Positions 1-7,031 of a DNA stretch of 16,020 nt are shown here, in pieces. The DNA is from a candidate division WOR-3 bacterium (GTDB lineage Bacteria > Hydrothermota > Hydrothermia > JBDRYB01), in the NCBI GenBank assembly GCA_049969615.1, contig JBMFOM010000036.1, positions 1 through 16,020 of the forward strand. The letters run 5' to 3'. How positions within the stretch are numbered: the stretch's first letter is position 1; each line of letters opens with the position of its first letter. The translations under genes were made by a program, and so were the position numbers. The notes beneath the pieces were generated by a model. That model was given only the letters and a program-made list of their open reading frames with translations. It did no database searches and had not been told where the DNA came from.

Positions 1-110
1 ATGGTGCCGATCTTGCCGATCTCAAAAATCCCATTAAGAGTTGGTGCATGTGGTAGTTTATTACTGCTTATCAGCCGTAATTACGGCCTGGCAAAACATG
101 CTAAAGGTAT

Positions 111-301
111 CCTGCGCAGGATCAAACACTTGTGTATTTGGGGGAATCGGGCATACCCGAGGCAATGGTTCTAAGTCTTTATGTTTCTCAGGTATGCCAG
201 TTTTGCCGCGCCCGGGTTCCAAAGACAGGCCGAGCAATGTTATGCGGGCTGATCCATCGGCAATTCAATGCTTACAACCTGCCGCAAAACCTGGGTTATA
301 A
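111..301. repeat. Dispersed intergenic element, copy 1 (~190 bp)
   Basis: Hand alignment: 205-301 matches 1276-1372 at 85/97 nt ungapped; 111-170 matches 1190-1249 at 46/60; 111-174 matches 14048-14111 at 57/64. Begins CCTGnGCAGGATCAA and ends AAAACCTGGGTTATAA. Confidence 0.92.
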
Positions 302-391
302 CCCGCCCCCTAAAATCTGGGTTATGATGATCAGGACAGGTTTTCTAGCCCAGGCAATCCCGGCGTAGCAAAACCCTCATGAGGCGCCGGC

Positions 392-1165
392 TCAAGAATT
401 GAGCCACCCGAGATAAACCAGCCTTACCTCACCCCAAAGCCATATATCCGAGAAATCATGGCTAAAACGAAGCAGAAAGGTCCCTCCCCTAGTGATAACC
501 TCAACCTCGCCGACTCCCGTGTTCTCTGCGTGCACCAGGGCGGCTGAAGCGGCCCCCGTCGCACAAGATAGCGGCTCATCAGGATAGCCATGTTCAAGGG
601 TTCTCACGAATATCTTGCCAGGACTTATGACCTCCGCGAAATTAAGGTGGGCCTCCGGAAGCTTGAAGAACCTGGCCATCTGGTCCCTTACCTGGATAAT
701 GTCTTTTTCGGACAGATCAAATGTGAAAACAACGGTGTGTCGGACCCCAATATCAACAATGGCCCACGGCCTCCCGCCCAGAACATCACGCGTGGAGGGG
801 GGGATGAATTCCCTCAGGGCTCCGAGGTTCAGCCACACGCCTCCGCTATCGGGCCTGACCACATAAACCCTACTGCCGGCAAAGAACCTGATCTCGTTGT
901 TTTTCGTGAGACCTATCATTCGCGCAAACACGGGCAGGGCTCGGGCCGCGTTCCCGCAGAAGGGAACAGGGTTTCCCATGTAATTATAGTAGGTGAAGGC
1001 AAAGTCCGCGTCCTCGGCTGGCAGTGGAACAATGACGCCATCAGCACCGATCTGATCCGGCCTGGAATATCTCCTCGCAAAATCGGAAAGGTCCAGACCA
1101 TGAGCATCCTCTGGCCAGATGGCGATGAAATGGTTTCCCGTAGCTGAGAGCTTGGCAAATCTCAT
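392..1165 (-). CDS. DapF-family (diaminopimelate epimerase-like) PLP-independent epimerase/racemase, divergent
   Basis: From ATG 1165: MRFAKLSATGNHF, IGADGVI, PFCGNAARA, RTLEHG...LSCATGA, TRGG, all DapF-fold motifs, with both catalytic Cys present. Start moved from 1339 to 1165 because the N-terminal motif begins there and a promoter lies just upstream. Confidence 0.85.
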   Translation of the reverse strand: MRFAKLSATGNHFIAIWPEDAHGLDLSDFARRYSRPDQIGADGVIVPLPAEDADFAFTYYNYMGNPVPFCGNAARALPVFARMIGLTKNNEIRFFAGSRVYVVRPDSGGVWLNLGALREFIPPSTRDVLGGRPWAIVDIGVRHTVVFTFDLSEKDIIQVRDQMARFFKLPEAHLNFAEVISPGKIFVRTLEHGYPDEPLSCATGAASAALVHAENTGVGEVEVITRGGTFLLRFSHDFSDIWLWGEVRLVYLGWLNS

Positions 1166-1175
1166 GTTATCGTAA

Positions 1176-1204
1176 ATTATATCCCACCCCCTGAGCAGGA
1201 TCAA
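1176..1204 (-). promoter_or_regulatory. Sigma70-type promoter of the dapF-like gene
   Basis: Minus strand reads TTGATC-N17-TATAAT, then 10 nt to the ATG with no SD. The -35 lies inside the left end of repeat copy 2. Confidence 0.75.
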
Positions 1205-1372
1205 TGATTTGTGTATCTGGAAAGAACGGACATATCCGAGGCGATAGTTATAGTTTCTTAGAGACCACAGGTTGAGCCGCGGCCGGGTTCCAGAGATAAA
1301 CTGAGCAATGTCATGTGGACTGATCCATCGGTAATTCAAGGCTTACAACCTGCCGTAAAACCTGGGTTATAA
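1190..1372. repeat. Dispersed intergenic element, copy 2
   Basis: Direct repeat of 111-301 with a shorter, diverged middle segment; differences are mostly transitions. Confidence 0.92.
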
Positions 1373-1542
1373 GACCATTTGAAGAAGGAAACGCCTTACC
1401 CTTCAATAAAAAATCCCATTGAAACATTATCAAGGCTTGCGGGGTCTATATGGTCATGACCGAAACAAAAACCGAGACCAAGAATGGGTTCAGGATCATG
1501 CGAAACCTTATAATATCAAAAGAAACCAAAGGAGGTTCAATC

Positions 1543-2406
1543 ATGAAGAGGCTCCTTATCACAGCAGTGGCACTAGCAGTGCCCTTGGCGGGGCAACAGA
1601 CAAAAACCGGTACGAGGCCAGCGGGAGACAAATCCCCATTCACGGTAGCCGAGCCGGATACCCAGAAGGCCTACATCCAGCCAGTTGAGAACGGAGTGAT
1701 AAACTGGACACAGGGCTACATAAGGGCAAGAGGATACGCGGTTGTCTCCGAAAAAGAGGCTAACAAACCCAAAGCGAGGCTTGGAGCGGAGCGGGCCGCG
1801 ACCGTAATAGCACAGAGGAATCTTCTGGAAATAGCCAAGGGCGTCTACATCAACTCCGAGACCGTGGTTGAGGACATGATGCTCTCGTCCGATGTTATAG
1901 TCTCCAGGGTTGAAGGCGTGGTAAAGGGCGCAAAGATGGTCGGCCAACCCCATTGGCTCCCTGACGGCGTTGTTATGGTTGAGATGGAGATGCCTCTCTA
2001 CGGGCAGAATAGCCTTCTCTCGGCCGTCGCACCAAACAACCCAACCACAAAGCCAGATTCACAGGCCCTCAAAGCAATAGGGGATGCACCTTGCATAGTC
2101 ATAGACGGCAAAGGCCAGGTCCAGCCTGGACTCATGCCCAGGTTCTTTGACGAGAAGGGCAACCTCGTGCTTGATTTCTCCCAGATCATAGACCCAAAGA
2201 ACCCCCAGGGCATAAAGTATGTCAACAACCTGAGTGATATTCTCCAGTGCGGCGACCAGGCCTGGGTGATAGAGGCGCTTGGTGCGGTCGGAAAAGGTAA
2301 GACAGATATGATCGTAAGTGAAAAATCAAAGGACAAGCTCTCATGGCTAAAAAAGACCGGCAAGTTTCTCTGGGAGGCCGGTAAGGTCGTGATGATGCTT
2401 TTTTAG
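1543..2406 (+). CDS. Exported LPP20-like family protein
   Basis: SD AAGGAGG at 1529-1535 precedes ATG 1543. Classical signal MKRLLITAVALAVPLAG. Motifs GVINWTQGYIRARG, AERAATVIAQRNLLE, ETVVEDMM...VEGVVKGA and IVIDGKG...PRFFDEKG are typical of this uncharacterised family. Confidence 0.7.
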   Translation: MKRLLITAVALAVPLAGQQTKTGTRPAGDKSPFTVAEPDTQKAYIQPVENGVINWTQGYIRARGYAVVSEKEANKPKARLGAERAATVIAQRNLLEIAKGVYINSETVVEDMMLSSDVIVSRVEGVVKGAKMVGQPHWLPDGVVMVEMEMPLYGQNSLLSAVAPNNPTTKPDSQALKAIGDAPCIVIDGKGQVQPGLMPRFFDEKGNLVLDFSQIIDPKNPQGIKYVNNLSDILQCGDQAWVIEALGAVGKGKTDMIVSEKSKDKLSWLKKTGKFLWEAGKVVMMLF

Positions 2407-2415
2407 GAGGAAGAG

Positions 2416-3492
2416 ATGACTGGAATTATATTGCTCTTGACCCTTCCGGCCACGAACGCCGCGGACACATCCTCGGTTGAGGTCACCGCTGAGGGTGTCG
2501 CGGCCCTCGGTTCATCCGCTGATATAGCCAGGGACAATGCCATAAAGGATGCCCTCAGAAAGGCCGTTGAACAGGGCGTAGGGACATACATAGACTCAAA
2601 GACCGCGGTTGACAACTACGAGCTCCTCTACGATAAGATATACTCCCAAGCACAAGGCTATGTGGCGTCATACGAGGTCGTCAGGGAGAAAGCGGACAAG
2701 GACGCGGGCCTATACAGGGTCTGGATAAAGGCGAAGGTAAAAACCGGCAACATTCAGAACGACCTAATAGCAATGGGCATCCTGGTCTCGGAGATGGGCA
2801 GGCCACGGCTTGCTGTTGTGGTTGACAACGAGGACCTGGCATACACCCTTGAGGATTATTTCCAGGAACAAGGTTTCCCCCTCGTTGATCTGCCGACTGT
2901 CAAGAAGGTCCTGAAGGCAGATGAGATCAACCTCCTCATGGATGGTGACAAGAGGACAGCGCAGAAAGTCGCTACCATGACAGGAGCTGAGATACTCATC
3001 ACGGGCCGTGCGGAGGTTAGCTCCGAGATGAAGAAACTGCCATACACGGATGAGAAAAAGACTATATACACGGCCAAACTGCGCGTGAAGGCAGTAGAGG
3101 CGCTCACCGGCGAGGTTATAGCTGTCTCATCGCTGAAACGTAGTCTCCCGTTCTCCGAAGAGGAGGTCATCAAGATGGTGGGCGACTCGTCCGCGAAGGA
3201 GCTCGCCTCGGAGATAGTCAAGAAGTGGACCCTGCGCAGGAATGTGATACATATCATCATCAAGGGCGCGACCGCGACCAAAATGGGTAAAATAAAGACC
3301 GCCATAAAGGAGAATATTCGCGGGGTCTCAGAGATTCTTGACAGGGGCATGATAGAGGGATATGCCATCCTTGAGGTCGTCGCTGAGACCAATCCGCAGG
3401 AAGTCCTGGATGCCATAAGGGAGAAAGAGAAGATCCTTGGCATACAGGTCACGGCATACGAGGGCCAGCGAATAGAAGCTAAGGCAAGATAA
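2416..3492 (+). CDS. FlgT N-terminal-domain protein with CsgG/TolB-N-like middle domain
   Basis: SD AGGAGG directly after the upstream stop. EVTAEGVAAL...ARDNAIKDALRKAVEQGVG...IYSQAQGYV fits FlgT-N; RPRLAVVV...GFPLVD...GAEILITG...LRVKAVEALTGEVIA fits a CsgG/TolB-N-like alpha/beta domain. Confidence 0.72.
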   Translation: MTGIILLLTLPATNAADTSSVEVTAEGVAALGSSADIARDNAIKDALRKAVEQGVGTYIDSKTAVDNYELLYDKIYSQAQGYVASYEVVREKADKDAGLYRVWIKAKVKTGNIQNDLIAMGILVSEMGRPRLAVVVDNEDLAYTLEDYFQEQGFPLVDLPTVKKVLKADEINLLMDGDKRTAQKVATMTGAEILITGRAEVSSEMKKLPYTDEKKTIYTAKLRVKAVEALTGEVIAVSSLKRSLPFSEEEVIKMVGDSSAKELASEIVKKWTLRRNVIHIIIKGATATKMGKIKTAIKENIRGVSEILDRGMIEGYAILEVVAETNPQEVLDAIREKEKILGIQVTAYEGQRIEAKAR

Positions 3493-3517
3493 TCGCGGCT
3501 TCTGTTTTAGAAACAAA

Positions 3518-3544
3518 GGGGCCCCGTAAAACCGGGGTCTGTTT
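3518..3544 (+). terminator. Intergenic stem-loop (weak terminator or processing/stability hairpin)
   Basis: GGGCCCCG-taaaac-CGGGGTCT followed by GTTT, directly before the GGAGG SD of the next gene. Confidence 0.35.
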
Positions 3545-3556
3545 GGAGGCGAGGGC

Positions 3557-4423
3557 ATGAAAAGGATAATGGCACTTGGGGTCCTCGTTGCCCTATCATG
3601 CAGTGAGTCCGAGGTAACTTATCCCTACTTCCGATACATTTTCTCTTCGCCACAGGTGAATCCGATTAACATACGCTATTACGATGGCTATATCTATTTC
3701 CTGGATTCGGGTACGGGTCAAATATGGCGGGTTGACGCTGATGACGGAGGCGCGAAGAGGGTAGGGCCGTCTGGTTATCAGTTTGATGTCTCGGACGCTG
3801 GAATAGCCGTTGTCTCGTTCCAGGGCGAGAACAGGCTTGACATATACGATCTATCCGGGGATCCGAAGCACTCCGCCATCCTGCACGGCATAGAACCAAT
3901 GAGGGCAAGATACGGCCCCGGTGGGGACCTATATGTGGCTATTCTGACTGAGGGAGACGCTGGCCCACTCCTGAGAGTGAATCCGGACTCAGGGACAGCA
4001 GACACGGTTTTCCCTTTGGTAGGAGAGGAGTTCGCGGTCGGCACCAAAAAGGCATATTACTTCTCGCCAGGCGACGGTAGGGTCGTGGCATGCGTGTTGG
4101 GAGATACGACGACCACTTCCTTCTGGACAGGAAAACCAGGAATGCCGGATGTATTTCTCCACGATGTTCGGCTTGACCTCGCGCAGGATGACAGAAACCT
4201 TCTGGTCAGCCCCCTGCTAATACTGGACACCGAAACGGGAATCCAGACCCCTCTCCACACCGTACCCTACAAACAGGGAACAGAGCTGGAAGGCGGAATC
4301 GCATGGGAAACGAGTATGGAAGGTCTCTTTTTCAACGCCATGAAAATAGACACGAGCGAGGCCGCCGGAGCCAACGAATACAATCACTACTGGGCAATCT
4401 GGTATTACGGGAACCCAGAATAG
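3557..4423 (+). CDS. Putative lipoprotein, probable beta-propeller
   Basis: SD GGAGG; lipobox-like MKRIMALGVLVALS|C; repeated blade-like motifs (DGYIYFLDS, GQIWRVD, GPGGDLYVA, LLRVNPDSG). Confidence 0.65.
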   Translation: MKRIMALGVLVALSCSESEVTYPYFRYIFSSPQVNPINIRYYDGYIYFLDSGTGQIWRVDADDGGAKRVGPSGYQFDVSDAGIAVVSFQGENRLDIYDLSGDPKHSAILHGIEPMRARYGPGGDLYVAILTEGDAGPLLRVNPDSGTADTVFPLVGEEFAVGTKKAYYFSPGDGRVVACVLGDTTTTSFWTGKPGMPDVFLHDVRLDLAQDDRNLLVSPLLILDTETGIQTPLHTVPYKQGTELEGGIAWETSMEGLFFNAMKIDTSEAAGANEYNHYWAIWYYGNPE

Positions 4424-4458
4424 AACCAAGGGGCATCTACCATGGCGGGTTATAAACG

Positions 4459-4490
4459 AAGCCCCCGGTCTCTTGGCCGGGGGCTTTTTT
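4459..4490 (+). terminator. Rho-independent terminator between the convergent operon and groEL (possibly bidirectional)
   Basis: AAGCCCCCGGTC-tctt-GGCCGGGGGC-TTTTTT. The U-tract is strong on + and weaker on -. Confidence 0.85.
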
Positions 4491-4507
4491 GTCGCAAACG
4501 GGGTTAT

Positions 4508-6163
4508 CTAGAAGTCGTAATCCCCGCCGCCTCCGGGCATAGGAGGCATCTTTTCCTTCTCTTTCTTCTCCGTTACGAGGACATCGGTCGTCAGGAGTAA
4601 GCCAGCGATTGAGGCCGCGTTCTCCAGCGCTACGCGCTCAACCTTGGTGGGATCAACTATCCCTGCCTCAAACATGTCCACATACTCGCCGGTCAGGGCG
4701 TTGAATCCCTTGCTGTAGCCCTCTCCCTTTCCCTTGGCGACCTTTTTGACCTCCTCAACCACAAGGCCACCCTCGTAGCCGGCGTTGTATGCTATTTGGC
4801 GAAGAGGTTCCTCAAGGGCCCTCTTCACTATCCTGATCCCGTGAAGCGTATCAGGCTCGTCAGCGTACTTCTTCTCCATCTCCTCAAGCGCGCCTATGGT
4901 CCGGAGATATGCCACGCCGCCGCCAGGAACTATTCCCTCCTCAACAGCGGCCTTTGTCGCGTGCATGGCGTCTTCTATGCGTGCCTTGCGCTCCTTCATT
5001 TCACTCTCAGTGTGCGCGCCAGCATATATAACGGCAACGCCACCCGCGAGCTTCGCGAGGCGCTCCTCCAGCTTCTCCCTGTCGTAATCTGACTTGGTTT
5101 CCTCTATCTGCGCCTTGATCTGCTTCTTCCTGGCCTCTATGGCTTCAGGGGAACCAGCACCCTCAACTATGGTGGTATCGTCCTTCGTGACGATTACCTT
5201 CTTCGCGCGGCCAAGGTCATCAACCTGCGCGTTCTCAAGCTTCATGCCGGCCTCCTCAGTAATCACCTTTCCACCAGTGAGGATTGCTATGTCCTCCAGC
5301 ATGGCCTTACGCCTGTCGCCATAGCCGGGGGCCTTTACCGCGACCACTTGCAGGCCAGACCTTATCCTGTTATAAACTAGAGTGGCCAGGGCCTCACCCT
5401 CAACATCCTCCGCTATAACCAAGAGGGGATTGCCCAGCTGAACGGCCTTTGTCAGGATTGGCCTGAATTCCTTGATGGAGGAGAGTTTCTTCTGGACTAT
5501 CAGGATGTTGACATCCTCATAGACCGCCTCCATCTTCTCCGCGTCAGTGATAAAATAGGGCGAGACATAGCCCCTGTCAAACTGCATTCCCTCAACAACC
5601 TTGACCTCTATCTCGGTGCCACGACCCTCTTCAACCGTGATAACACCTTCGTCTCCGACCTTCTCCATTGCCTCGGCTATCTTCTCGCCTATCTCCTCAT
5701 CATTGTTCGCGGAGATGGTCGCGACTTGCTTTTTCTCCTCACGCTTCTCAACCTTCTTGGAGAGCTTCCTGAGCTCCTCCACGACCGCGACAACAGCTTT
5801 GTCTATGCCGCGCTTCACCATCATGGCATTCGCGCCGGCCGAAACAGCCTTTATTCCCTCACGGAATATGGCCTCCGCGAGAACAGTCGCGGTCGTAGTC
5901 CCATCACCGGCCACATCGGAGGTCTTGGAGGCCACCTCACGGACCAACTGCGCTCCCACATTCTCAGCAGGATCGGGCAGCTCTATCTCTTTAGCTACTG
6001 TGACACCATCCTTTGTAGTCAGAGGTGACCCGAACTTGCGCTCAAGTATGGCGTTCCTGCCAGCGGGGCCGAGTGTAGCCTTGACAGCGGTCGCCAGGGC
6101 CTCAACGCCAGCAAGCAAAGCCTTCCTCGCATCCTCGTCGTATCTGAGTTCCTTTGCAGCCAT
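4508..6163 (-). CDS. groEL: Chaperonin GroEL (Cpn60)
   Basis: [75 protein letters not shown]. Confidence 0.99.
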   Translation of the reverse strand: MAAKELRYDEDARKALLAGVEALATAVKATLGPAGRNAILERKFGSPLTTKDGVTVAKEIELPDPAENVGAQLVREVASKTSDVAGDGTTTATVLAEAIFREGIKAVSAGANAMMVKRGIDKAVVAVVEELRKLSKKVEKREEKKQVATISANNDEEIGEKIAEAMEKVGDEGVITVEEGRGTEIEVKVVEGMQFDRGYVSPYFITDAEKMEAVYEDVNILIVQKKLSSIKEFRPILTKAVQLGNPLLVIAEDVEGEALATLVYNRIRSGLQVVAVKAPGYGDRRKAMLEDIAILTGGKVITEEAGMKLENAQVDDLGRAKKVIVTKDDTTIVEGAGSPEAIEARKKQIKAQIEETKSDYDREKLEERLAKLAGGVAVIYAGAHTESEMKERKARIEDAMHATKAAVEEGIVPGGGVAYLRTIGALEEMEKKYADEPDTLHGIRIVKRALEEPLRQIAYNAGYEGGLVVEEVKKVAKGKGEGYSKGFNALTGEYVDMFEAGIVDPTKVERVALENAASIAGLLLTTDVLVTEKKEKEKMPPMPGGGGDYDF

Positions 6164-6175
6164 CTCTGTTTCTCC

Positions 6176-6466
6176 TTACTTTTCCAGTATAGCCAAGATG
6201 TCATCCTCATCAACTATGAGGAGCTCCTCATCATTTATGACGATCTCGTTGCCGGCGTATTTCCTGAATACGACGGTATCGCCTTCCTTGACGTTCATGG
6301 GGATAAGCTTACCATTGTCATCCTTCCTGCCAGGACCCACGGCAACGACCTCGCCCTTGATGGGTTTCTCCTTCGCGGTATCGGGGATGACGATACCACC
6401 CTCTGCTACTTCTTCTTCCTCTATCCGACGAATTATGACCCTATCGCGTAGAGGCTTGAGCTTCAT
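6176..6466 (-). CDS. groES: Co-chaperonin GroES (Cpn10)
   Basis: MKLKPLRDRVII...GGIVIPDTAKEKP...VAVGPG...EDDILAI. SD AAGGAGG sits upstream of ATG 6466, which is preferred over 6490. Confidence 0.98.
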   Translation of the reverse strand: MKLKPLRDRVIIRRIEEEEVAEGGIVIPDTAKEKPIKGEVVAVGPGRKDDNGKLIPMNVKEGDTVVFRKYAGNEIVINDEELLIVDEDDILAILEK

Positions 6467-6666
6467 GTCTGTTCCTCCTTCCTTGTTCATATCTTATTTC
6501 TGTTGGTTCTTCCTTAACTTTCAAGTGGAAAGGGCGTGAGGCACTTCGCTCTCCTCTAGGAGAAATGAATCACTCACGCCAAATCAGCCCTTTATACCAG
6601 AACACCATCACGCCTCACTATCCCTTCCTTATCATGGGGCAACAAACTTACTCCCTGAGTCCGAAT

Positions 6667-6696
6667 ATTATAATGTCAGGGAAGGGGTGGGATCAA
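6667..6696 (-). promoter_or_regulatory. Putative groESL promoter
   Basis: Minus strand TTGATC-N18-TATAAT, implying a ~190-nt 5' leader. No CIRCE seen. Confidence 0.6.
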
Positions 6697-6968
6697 GCAA
6701 TGGGCTGACCTCACCCGACCCACCTTCAACCCCTCCTAAGTCCTTGACCGTCAATGAGTTCGGCGAAAGTTCCGATGGCTCTAGGACTTAGCGAGGCAAG
6801 ATTGGGGAATTCTCTCATTTTATCAGCGAAATCCGGATCCCAGATCGTCAAGGCCGGGGCCGAAAAAGGCCGCGTTCCGGCCGGGATCGAAGCTGTCTCA
6901 CAATATGATTTTTTGACGCCTCTTAATTCTAAGAATGAGGCCCGGAGGGGATCTTATCTGAGACAACT
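6681..6968. other. Cluster of imperfect inverted repeats/stem-loops
   Basis: Hairpins at ~6685-6715, 6732-6796 (CTAAGTCCT...AGGACTTAG), 6852-6882 (GGCCGG...CCGGCC) and 6891-6968 (AGCTGTCTCA...TGAGACAACT). Confidence 0.6.
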
Positions 6969-7031
6969 TCTCAATAACCCTATTCTGGGACAGGCTCATT
7001 CTTTCTCAGAGCCAAAAGGGCATCAGGATCA

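Noticed and set aside
41..368. ORFs 41..301 and 132..368
   Set aside because: They lie over repeat copy 1, have no recognisable motifs, and the 8-nt length difference between copies 1 and 2 would break the frame.
1166..1339. 58-aa N-terminal extension of the DapF-like ORF
   Set aside because: It runs through the promoter and repeat copy 2; DapF homology starts at Met 1165.
111..1372. CRISPR array or integron attC interpretation of the repeats
   Set aside because: The units are ~190 bp and not regularly spaced, there is no cas or intI gene, and I see no RYYYAAC...GTTRRRY-bounded hairpin.
1450..1542. Upstream start of the LPP20-like gene
   Set aside because: The strong SD and signal peptide belong to ATG 1543, and a TATAAT lies at 1509-1514.
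2416..3492. Calling the gene flgT (flagellar)
   Set aside because: Only domain-level resemblance, and no flagellar genes in the window.
5601..6539. 312-aa + strand ORF and other long antisense ORFs (590..1147, 2856..3452, 7146..7646, 7630..8100, 11838..12422)
   Set aside because: Shadow frames of well-supported genes on the opposite strand, with no motifs.
6491..6720. CIRCE/HrcA operator upstream of groES
   Set aside because: No TTAGCACTC-N9-GAGTGCTAA or close variant found by eye.
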